Under the pieces are notes generated by a model that saw only the letters and a list, made by a program, of their open reading frames with translations, was not told the origin of the DNA and searched no databases. Both the position numbers and the translations under genes were made by a program. A DNA stretch of 64,000 nt from Negaprion brevirostris (Eukaryota), in assembly GCA_030324005.1 (NCBI GenBank), contig JARDVH010000157.1:22595527-22659526 (forward strand), read 5' to 3'. Position 1 is the stretch's first letter. The number at the start of each line of letters is the position of its first letter. Shown here piece by piece: positions 13,501 through 25,500 of the stretch.

Positions 13501-16500
13501 TTTCCTCCAGGTGCAGAAAGAAAATTACAGCACAGGAATAGGCCCTTCGGCCCTCCAAGCCTGCACTGACCATGCTGCCCAACTGAACTAAAACCCCCTA
13601 CTCTTCTGGGAACCATATCCCTCCATTCCCATCCTATTCATGTATTTGTCCAGAAACCTTTTAAAAGTCAGTACCACATCTGCTTCCACAACTTCCAGAA
13701 CCCACCATCCTCTATGTAAAAAAAAACTTGACTCGTACATCTCCTTTAAGATGCGGGGGGCAAGGTTTAAACCTATATCCCCTAGTAATTGACTCTTTCA
13801 CCCTGGGAAAAAGCTTCTGACTATCCACTCTGTCCATGCGCCTCACAATCTTGTAGACTTCTTTCAGGTCACCCCTCAACCTCTGTTCTTCCAGTAAGAA
13901 CAAACCAAATTTCTCTAGCCTGTCCTCATGGCTAATGCCCTCCATACCAGGAAACATCTTGCTAAATCTTTTCTGTACCCACTCCAAAGCCTCCACATCC
14001 GGGTGCTCCAGTTTCCTCCGACAGTTCAAAAATATGCGAGTTAAATGCATTGACCGTGCTAAATTCTTCCTAAGTGTACCCAAACAGGCCCAGAGTGTGG
14101 AATTTTCACAGTGACTTCATTGCAGTGTTAATGTGAGCCTACTTGTGATACTAATAATGAAACATAAAAAACTCAACTTCACTGACTAGGCTATTAAGCT
14201 GAATTGTTGGTTATTTATAGTTGTTCTGATTTGGCAAAGGACTTCATACTTCAGCAGTTTTCAGAGTGATTTTTTTTCTCTTTCTCGTTTTCTACCTCTG
14301 CTCCTCTGGTGTCTCTTCCTAGATGATGCGAATGTGGACGGGTCACATGGAGGGGAATCTACAGTTGCTGTATGTGCTATTGACTGACTGTTACATCTAC
14401 CTATTGAGGAAAGGTAACCCTATCTGTTAGTATGGTGGGCAGGAATTGGGTGTCATGTCTGAGTGAAACAGTATCATCTTGAAATCCCCACCCCTTCGTT
14501 AACATGTAAGCTTCACAAAATTCTTTAAGATGACCATATAAGTCAGCTCATTTTTTTACTGTTTACTTCATCACAGCCCCTTGCAGAACAAATTCCACAA
14601 TCTGCTGCCTATGGCTTTGGCCACAAACACTTCTGCTGGAATTTTACCACCTCACCCATCCAAGGCCAATGGAGAATGTCATTCTATGAGCCTCACCCAC
14701 CCTGATTCTGGGGTGGGAAAGATGGTGAAATTCCAGGCTTTGTGTTAATTGTGTAGTGGCACAAATAATGGCAACCCTGTTTTCCATATCGATCACATAT
14801 TATTTCTCAGTCCAAGATTTGTTATTTTATCAAAGGTGAAAAATAGAATCCCTAAAGTGCAGAAGGAGGCCATTTGGCCCAAGGTGCCAGCACCAATAAC
14901 AATTCCACCCAGGCCCTAAGGCTGTAACCCCACATATTTACCCTGCTAATCCCCCTAACACTAAGGGCAATTTAGCATGGCCAACCCATCTAACCTGCAC
15001 ATCTTTGGAATGTGGGAGGAAACCAGAGCACCCGGAGAAAACCCATGCAGACACGGACAACTTGCAAACTCCACATAGACAATCACCTGAGGTCAGAATT
15101 GAATGTGGGTCCCTGGCGCTGTGAGGCAGTAATGCTAACCACTGTGTCTCCGTGCCACCCCAAAAATGTTGGTGAATCGGAATAAGCTGCCTTGCAAATG
15201 GGGAAATATCTGTTACCCTTCATGAATGAATACCCTGCCATTGTCATATTGAAACCATTTGAGAGAGATGATGAAAAAAAAATGGTTGGCACCCATGGAG
15301 CTGTACACAGTAAGAATTTTCAATTCTGGTGGGAGAACATGGGGTTTGCAAAAAAAAAAGTGCAGCTTATAAAAAATGCCTCATAATCCTGTTGGTTGGA
15401 TGAGTTGTGTGTAAATGTGAAGAGTAAAAGTTCCTGCATTGTTCAGATTGTCTCCAACATAAAGCTTAATGTTATACATGGATGGAATTGTGTAATGAAG
15501 AAGCTTGTTGGGTTATTACAGTATAAACAGTGCTGTGAATTGGATTCATTGTCTAATGCTATCTGTTGGTCTGTACAGGAGCTGCAGACAAGCCCTATGC
15601 CATGGAAGAAGCAGTGTCTTACAATGAACTCGATTACGTTTCGGTGAGTTTGCTGAAAAATGTACAGATATTGGTTGTCAGCCCAGGATTGTACTAAGCT
15701 TAGTTAAGATAACCTCATCCTTTTTATTTCTGTGTTCTGCCAGCCCCCTCCACCCCAGTGTTCTGCCAAGCCTCTCTGATGTCTTTAGTGTGAGCTGTAA
15801 CCACTCGTGCTGGGTGCTCGAGTCGTGCTGGGTGCTCGAGGCTTGCTGGCACATGCAGGATTGAATACCAACAAGATTGTGCCTTCAGGATAAAATTGGA
15901 TGGGGGAAATGGCCATAAAATTCAGCTGTTATGTGTACCGTGCAGGATCCAATTGCAGATCAGTGGCAAACCTGTCTATAATGCACAAATGTTATTGTGA
16001 AGCTGAAGCAAATAATTCCTTCAGCTGTGTTGGAGAGAAGGATCGCTGTCTTGCAGGTGGTCCAAAAGGTGGAGTATATCTGCTTATTTTTTGGTGGGCA
16101 GGGAGAAATGACACAAGCTGAATGTACCACATTTCACCTGCCATGTAGTTCCAAGATGGTGATAATGATACTTGGAATGAACACAGATTTACTGGTTTCT
16201 CATATCTAGAAAGCTTTCATGCAGATTGAGAGAGCAGGTTTCATTCTGTTCACTTTGGTCTAATTTTGCAAAGCCGCTTTTTGTTTCTTTTTTGTGAAAA
16301 CAATAAGCAGGAAAAGCTTTATTGTAGAGCATTACAATGTAACAAGTGTTCTCTTGTAATTCCCAATGTAATTTTCCCCTACATTCCCATGCTCGGGCAA
16401 GTTGTGGTGCTGGATATTCCAGCCTCGTTCACGATCTCCTGTGTTTCACTCATTCTTCTCAATTAAAGGTGGGGNNNNNNNNNNNNNNNNNNNNNNNNNN

Positions 16501-19500
16501 NNNNNNNNNNNNNNGGAGGCAGTTCCTGCTTGACACGGCGGATGAATCTCTTACAGAGTAAGTGCAAATCGTGATTATTGTAAACAGTGTGTTACCTCCA
16601 TACTCCTTTGTTAACCTACCCCAGTCATAAATCATCTACAATCATGCAGCAGTTGCATTTGGATGTTGTGTGCCCCAATTGACTCTTGTGTTCGTACAAG
16701 GTACCTCCATGTATTTGGGTTTGAAATACATATTGGAGTTGCCTGCTGCTTTCAATCAAACTTTGTGTGTTTAATTGCATTTTCTTAAGCCTCAAACATA
16801 ACTTGTAATGATGCTGTCAGTGGCTACTCTCCCAGCTGCCATGTCACTAGCTTTTAATGCTTTTCTCAAGAGTTTGGAGGTTATAGATTAAGAGCAGTAG
16901 TACACCACTTAGATCCACGGATCTGTTCAACCATTTATTGAAATCATGGCTAATTAGTGCTCTAACTCCATATATGTCTTTATCCCTTATTCATTTGACA
17001 TCTTTGATTAACAAAAACTAATGATGCCTTAATGTTAAAGTTAACATTGTTCTACAGCAGTGCCAGATCAAGAGTTCCAAACATTGCTTGTATAGGATAG
17101 AAGAAGATCAGACTCAACTGTACTGATGCCCACCTCCACAAATAACACATTGGCCCTCAATCTAAGCTTGCATATGCTACTTGGATGAGGCATCACAGGG
17201 TGGTTGGCACCTAAGGAACTCTATCTGTGTAAGTCAAAGCCTTTAGGACTGGAGGGAAGAAGATTGGATGGGCAAAGGGGCCTGCTGATTTATACCATGT
17301 GCTTCATCAGTAGCAACTGGTTATAGTGGTGTGAATAATGTACCTGTAATACTAAAGGCATGTGCCTGTAACTAGTTACTGTGGCTTATTTAGTCACAAG
17401 TTTTATTTCTGCACCAGTTATACAGTGTATATTTTTATTTTCCTGATGTTTAGGTTTTTCCTCACTGCTTTGAGATCTGCCATGATTAAGGGCTGCAGAG
17501 AGCCTCCATATCCCAGCATCCTTACAGATGCAACCATGCAGAAACTGGCACTAACCAAATTTGTGGCCCAAGAATCAAGATGTGAGGTAATGTGGTAACC
17601 TCACTGGATTATATTCTGCCTGATGGTGTGATTTTGGATATCTCTGCTGGTAAACTAGCAATATTGGTGTTTGCTGTTCAGTATTGAAGAAGTTTATGTC
17701 CGTGTGCAGTAAGACCTGTATAACATTTCAGGCTTGGGCTAATAGTGGGCAAGTAACTTTCGCACCACAAGTGCCACGCAATGACCATCTCTAACAAGAG
17801 AGAATCTAACAATCTCATGTTCAGTGACATTACCATGACTCAATCACCACACTATCAAAATCCTGGANNNNNNNNNNCAGGTCGGAGGCTGGGAATTCTG
17901 CAGAAAGTAATTCCCCTCCTAATTTGTCAAAGCCTGTGCATTGTCCACAAGGTACACGTCAGGCATATAATGGAATACTCGCCTCTTGCCTGGAAAAGTA
18001 AAGCTCCAACAGTCATGAAGCACGACACCACCAAAGACAAAGCAACCAGCTTAATTGGCAACCGATCCACCACTTCCAACATCCACTCCCTGCACCACCA
18101 GCATGCAGTAGCAGCAGTGTGTACCATCCACAAGATGCATTGCAGGAACTTACCAAGGCTCCTTCCACAGCACATAAGTCCATGATCTCTACCACATAGA
18201 AGGACAAGAGCAGCAAATGCAGAGGAATACGACCATCTGCAGGTCCCCCTCCAAGCCACACTCCATCCTGATTTGGAACTATAATACCATTCCTTCACTG
18301 TTGTTGTGTCAAACTCCAGGAAATCCCTTCCTAACAGCATGGACTGTAGCAATTCAAGAAAGTGGCTCATCAGGGGCATTTAAGCATGGGCAATAAATAA
18401 TGGCCAAGCCAACAACACCCACATCCATGAAAGAATTTTTAAAAAGTCAAACAACACAAGATTGAGCACAAGGGCTACGGCTCCTTCAGGTCTTCCCTTT
18501 CGTTTGAAGATGAAATGCCAAAAACCTGACCTTAGAGGTGGGAAAAAGAAAAAAGTTGGGGCAGGAGGGGTTGTCACTGAGAAACCAAGGCCTCTGGTGC
18601 CGACACCACCAAAGTTACGGCAAATTAGCATCAATGAAATAACAAAAGCTTGGTATTTAAAGAACTGGAAGGAAATGAGAACGAGGGAGAAGGGGAATGT
18701 TGCAGCTTTATGATCTTGTATTAGACAAGACAGCGATGTATCAGAATGCAGAGAAGATGATCATGTGTTGGAACATATTTGAAAACGGAAGGTGGCAATG
18801 AAGCAACATGGAAACTAGAGGGAAAAAGTTGTTTTCTGTGCACTTGCCTGCTTTCTACCAGTATTGCATCTATTGCTGTGCCTGACTCTCATGGATGTGT
18901 TTACAGGTGTCTGAAGTCACCATCCATCTTTACAGTTTGATTCACTGGGAGGATCCCTTGGATGTAACAGCAGGACCTCAGAAGAACCTCTACATGGCGC
19001 ATGCAAATGCAATTACAAAAGAAGGAATTCTGCATTACAAGGCTGGCACCAGTTATTTAGGCTCACCAATCTGGAAGGCCTCCTACGTAGTCCTCAGGTG
19101 AGGTTCTCTCATCTCTGCATTTAAGTTTGCAGACTACATCCAATTCATGTCATGGTTGGGATCTGTACACCTATTAGATATAGTTAACAACATTTTTTTA
19201 AATGCCTTGTATGCAGAACACTATGGAACAAAGGGATCAGGATGTCTTAGTACATGAATCACAAAAAGTTAGCATGCAGGTACTGGAAATGAGTTGAAAG
19301 CCATTTGTAATGTTTATTGCAAGAGGAATGGGATATATAAGTAGGGAAGTTTGCTAGTTATGTAGAACGTTGAGGACTATGTTAAATGCTATCCAATTAC
19401 TTGTGATATAAATTCAAAAGATATTGAGCCAGCATTGTACTTCCATCCAAGTAATGATATTTGCCTGAGCCATAGTTGTCTCGCTTCCCCCTTCCCATTC

Positions 19501-22500
19501 ACTTTCATGTTAAGCTGTTACTATCGAGTTCAGGTGACCTGTTACAAAGCACCAGTGTTTGGTTTCCCTAACATTACAGGAAAGTTTGTATGTTATGAAA
19601 CAAAATGATGCATGTGATTATGCAGATTTTGCTGGGAAATGGAAATTGTTTTCACTAGAATGAGGTCTGTTTGGGGGCAAAAGATTGTATGTGACCCATC
19701 TCTCCATGTCAAAGGAAGGAGATGGATGTGTTGAAGGTAATCCAGCAAAGATTCAATGGATTGGTTCCTGGGGCAAGAGAGTTGTCCTCTGCCGAGAGGC
19801 TGAGCAAATTAAGTTTTGGAATTTTGAACGACGAGAGATGGTCTAATTGAAACGTGCAGGATCCTGAAGGAGCTTGACAGAGCAGACACTTGAGGCTGTT
19901 TTCCCCTGGTTGGGAAACCAAGAACATCGCATGGCCCCAAAATAAGGCTGTGATGAAGAGTCATCTGAAGTAGAAAGTTGGCTCTGTTCTCTCTCCACAG
20001 ATGTCAAGGTAAGAATTGATCATTTAGGACTGAGATGAGAAATGCCTTTATACAGAGGGTAATGGATCTGTGACATTGCACGAGAGTGGTAAATGCTCCA
20101 TCATTGAGTATCTTTAACACTGAATTGGACATCGAGGGATATGGGGAGCAGGCAAGAAAATGGAATTGAGGCAGAAGGCTAACCATGACTGTATTCAATA
20201 GTGGAGCAGACCCAAAGGACCATATGGCTTCTACTTCGTATTTTCTCTAGTCAATATTTCTTCTGTCATTGTGTTGAGGAAATTAGTGGTCTCTGCCATT
20301 GTGTTGATGAAATTATTTTATTCCTGCAGCAACGGGATCCTCTATCAGTACCCTGACAGGATAGATGTGACACCGCTTATGTCAGTTAACTTGGCGTAAG
20401 TATTCCCATGGTGAGGTTGTGCACTTAGTTCTGTTTTCATTCTCATCTCTTGATCCTGTGGGGGCGGGGGGGGGTGCCCATTCATGGTACTGCTGGGATG
20501 CACACAGGAAAGTACAAGTCGGAATTATGCCCCCAGACAAGCTGTTGAACTTGGCGACTAATTGAAAATTTCAACAGCAAGGTTGAAATAGATTTGTTAG
20601 GCAATGTCGTACGGTTGTGGAATCAATTACGATACGGATCAGACATTATCTAATTGAATGGGACACCAGAATTGAGGGACTGAATCACCTACTCAGTTCC
20701 TAGTAAGCAAGTCTAATCCCCAGCATCACTAAGTCGCTGCAATTAGGATCAAGATTGCTTCAGACTTGAGCTTGTGAACTGGATAATTTGTAGGTCAACA
20801 CGATGTAAAATGTAGCTGAGTTAGCGAGAGAAGAGGGGCTAACTAATTTAAGATGATGAGTAGCAGAGCTGACAGATCAGGGAGGTTCTGGGTTCAGTGC
20901 AGTGGCCTCAGCAGCTTTGCTACTTTTTCATGAAGTATGAAACCAGAAGGGGGCAGCTGAACCTGAACAAACAGTTTGGGAGTCATAGAAGTAATTGGAA
21001 CACAAATTGCAAAAGGATGGAACAATGGCAGAGGAAATTTAATATGGGTAATTTGTAAAATACAGCAAATAAAACACAGGGGACATGACACTTCACGAAT
21101 GGTTTTAAAATAAGAATGAAGTTGAGCATTCTGGGATTGTCAGTTAATCCAATATGCCAATCCTTGGAGAAAAGTAACCACAAAAACCTGAATTACGTAA
21201 CCAAAGCTTCCCGATGCCCCACTCGAGCTGTAGTGCCCTAACCAGACCACACTATTTTGAGTACTAGTCACCTGAGACATGAGACATTCAGGTTGTGCTG
21301 ACTACACAGGGAAGTGCTTCAAGGCTGACCCCCTTTTGTCAATGGCACTCAAGAGCAAAGATTTGGAAAGCATGAGCTTATTGGGAGACAGCTGAATAGG
21401 GGACCTTTATTGAGTGTATGAATTAGAAAAGAAACTAGAATATTGGTATATACTAAATCCTGATGACAGGACAAGGCAGCTTTGGTTCAAACTTGCAAAA
21501 GGCTGATTTATCACTGATGCCACAAAGTACCTTACACAGCGTTCAACATATTTTCTAGACTTCCAGGTAATGTAGTGGAGACAAAAACCCTGAAATCATG
21601 GAAAACTGGAATTTTTGGAATTCTAGTTATTGTCACAGTGGATCTTGGTGAATTAACCATGATTGGCTGCATCCATCTTGTGATCCCATGAATTAAGAAC
21701 AGCCACTTCAGCACCAATTTGAGTTTATTGGACTTGTAGAAACAAAAATGTATTTATGTATTTTGTATCTTGATAATTGGAAGGACTCCACATCTCTGTG
21801 GCAAAAACTGTACCGATTTCCTGCAAGTCCAGATGTTCTATCTGTCCCTATTGTTAGGCTGTTTTAGCACAGTCATGCTGACTCTGATGGATCTCCCTTG
21901 CTGTTTATATTGTAGTGGAGAACAATGTGGAGGCTGTCGAAGGTCCAGCACAACAGAGCGACCCCACACATTCCAGGTGATTCTGACAGAGCGACTGGCT
22001 TTGGAACTAAGTGCTGAGAATGAGGAGGAGATGGCAGACTGGATGCAGCACCTTTGCCAGGCAGTCTCAAAAGGGGTGAGTGAGCTTGAATTGCAGTGAG
22101 ATCCCAGTCGCAAAAAGCATTGGGCGATTGAATAGGATAGGCTGTAATGTTCTTTATTTATTGTGTCCCACTGACTTTGGGCTTCGTTCTGTAGTGTTTA
22201 AAGTTTATTTATTAATGTCACAAGTAGGCTTACATTAACAATGCAGTGAAATTACTGTGAAAAATCCCCTCGTCATTTCGGTGCTTGTTTGGGTACACTG
22301 AGGGAAATTTCAGCATGGCCAATTCACCTAACCAGCGCATCTTTCAGACTGTGTGAGGAAACCCACACAGACACATGGAGAATGTGCAGACTCCGCGTAG
22401 ACAGTCACCCTAGCTGAGAATCAAACCCGCATCCTTGATACTGTGAGGCAGTAGTGTTAACCACTGTGCCCTCGTACCGCCCCAAGTGCTGTCTTGTAAC

Positions 22501-25500
22501 TGGGAGCATTTGATACTGTATTTCTACCTGCAAAAGAATGTGCCTTCCACTAATGGAAATCCTTTATTCTTGCTCTCCAAGTCTAGTATATAGTCCACAG
22601 GCACTGGACATACTCTAGTTTCTCACACACATGGCCATTCTTCGTTGTAAAACTGGTGGTATATTAGATTAAGATATCAAAACCAACCCTAATCCTGTCC
22701 TTGCCCAATGTACACACTCGCGCTTTATCAGGAATCACTGGATACTGATCAGGAGTTAGGGTCACCAAAGTTTGTAAAGATCCATGGGTCTGCTGTTCTA
22801 GCAGAGATCAACTAACTCCACCCTGAGGTCAGTCGGTATTACCCTGAGGGAGACTTTTGAGGGATGTGGGGCAGTTGGAGATTCTTTTTTTGACTTTTAA
22901 AGAATGTGTAGTCTGTATCATCCTTTGATCTGTAGCAAGTGGTGACACAAACAGAAAATGCAGAGATTTGCTTTTCCCGACTTAGCAATAGTCAGGGTGG
23001 AGTTAATGCACTGATGCTGCCTACTCTGCTGGGCTTATAGATCATGTACGATTTTGCTCTATTTTACATTGGGAGCGGGTTTTTCCAGCTGTGCTCATCC
23101 CAAAACTGGAAAATTCCGTCTGAGGTCAAAGAACCTTTTCATGGATTGCCCCTCGCCCGCTTCGATTCCCATGGTGGGTGGGAAGGAAAACCCCCTCCCC
23201 AAGACTTTCAGGGGAATAAATGCAACTGCTGTTGGATAACCACTGTGCTGATTGCCTGGGCAACAATAGACATGATTTAATTGCGATCTCGCAAAATAAT
23301 TTGCTTAGTCCCTCCTGCTCTGCCCACAGGCTCAATTCTCTCTATTGGGTAACTTGGCATTATCTGCCATTGGCTTTCAATACTTTTAAGTACCCACAAA
23401 TTCATCTGTGAACTGGAGACAATGGTGTGTGATAATGACTTGTGTTAAATAACAGGAAATTGATGGTGTCATTCATGTTATTTGACTATGCGCCAACTGC
23501 CATGACAGAATCCATGGTGAACTTGATCCTTGACTAGAGAGGAGAAACTGATATTAGAGATTTTTGTGCCTGCACTCTGATGTTTTTTTGTTTGCAATCG
23601 AGTTAAAAATAGCCACAAGTTCCCTCTTATTATGTAGCTGTTTCAGTATATTAATTGTTGTGTTGTCAGATCATTCCTCAGGGTGTTGCACCCTCTCCAT
23701 GCATCCCATGCTGCCTTGTTGTGACTGACAGGATGGTGTTTACATGTCATGAGGACTCTCAGACCAGCTTCTTCCGATTACTGGGAAGCACTGAGCTAAC
23801 TAATGTCAGCAGTGTCTCCATCGACCCCAGCAGAGAGTACTGTCTAATGGTGAGTAACAGTGTAACATCCTATACTTTGAACTTCCCTGTTAGAAAATGT
23901 TTTGTTATTTGCAAATTTTTGTCCCTGCCTCTGTTCCTAAGGTGCTCACTGTTGCTGTGGTGTTCCTTGTTTACAGTATGGTGGTGGAGTGGGAACTAAT
24001 CCTTTCTTTACAACTCAGTGGAAAAACTATCCAGAATTTGAGATTTTAAGATTATGGCTCCAGTCCTGCAGTTCAGTGCTGTGTCTACACCTTGTTGTAG
24101 CCTGTGTTGGGTCAGTTGGTACAGAATGAAGGGACAGTCCTAATCATTACAGCTTTGAAAATTTCCCTTTCTACTTGTTCAGATCAGACATTAATAGATT
24201 TTGACCTCTTAGTTCAGATTCTCTGAGCCACGAGAGCTGCCATGTAACTTTCTCATACCTGTCTAAACCATTCACTGGGAGCATAGTGAAAGATAACTTG
24301 CCCTTCGTCCTAGGTGTGAAGTGTCTTCTCTGGTTATGATCAGAATGCAGCATATAAGAAATTATAGGCAACCCTACTCCATGGTACGATCCTGTGGGAC
24401 TTGAATGCTGTGGTATTAGGCTCACGTGTGTTTGTTTTTTAATACTCAGTGCATTGATGAAGCCCTGCCATTGTGATTGCTTCAGCTGAATAACCCAATT
24501 ATTATTGTGCTGAATTCGCAATAATAACTTTATTTTGAAATTAGCAAAAGAAGGAATATACAGCCCAGCAATAAACTTTGTCATTAGTTTTTACAAGTCA
24601 GTTGAAAACTTGGGTCAGCTTGCAATCAGAACCAAGTGGCAACCCCAGCAATTGGCAACAACGTAATAAATAGCTTCTGACAGATTTCCACCACAGTCAG
24701 GAGCGTTGGAAAGGACAGAAGTAGGACGTTCAACTCCTCGTCTGTTCTGTGTTTCCGTTAGATCAGAGGTGGCCTATATCTCAATACCATTTACTTGCTT
24801 GCAGGAGAAATGTGAAAGAAGAGCTATATTGTAATTTGGATATAAAGCTCTGTTCAACAAATAAGTATTCTGTAACTTTTTGAATTCACCCACCGTTCAC
24901 TAATAATCTAATCTCATANNNNNNNNNNNNNNNNNNNNNNNNNNNNNNNNNNNNNNNNNNNNNNNNNNNNNNNNNNNNNNNNNNNNNNNNNNNNNNNNNN
25001 NNNNNNNNNNNNNNNNNNCTTTGCAAAAACCATGCAATAAAAGTAAAGCGTAGTCTGTTAACAAAAGCTTTTCTGTTAGTGAATGTTTGTGCTGGCCTTG
25101 TCCACCATCACTTGCTGAGGCATTTTGCTACATCTGCATACGCGATTTCAATTTCTTTGTCTCCGGGGCACGTATTTGTGAATTCATCCCTGGTGTAAGC
25201 AGTGTTTCTCAAATTATATTCTAGGAGCTGTCCGACGATCAGAAGTCTCCTCCTTGGTTCCTGTATTTCAGTTGTGCTGAGGAACTGCAACGGTTTCTTG
25301 CTGCATTGAATGGTGCTTGGAGGAAGGTCTACCAGGTGAGCTGAAAGTGTGCAGAATATTTAACCTACCTGCAACAGTAGTGAGCAACATTCCACCTGCC
25401 ACAGAACACTCTCTCTCTTAGAGAGAATCACTCCTTGTCCTTCATGGGGTCACCAAGTTTTAAACGATCCACCAGGAGGATCTCCCCTGATGACAGCAGT

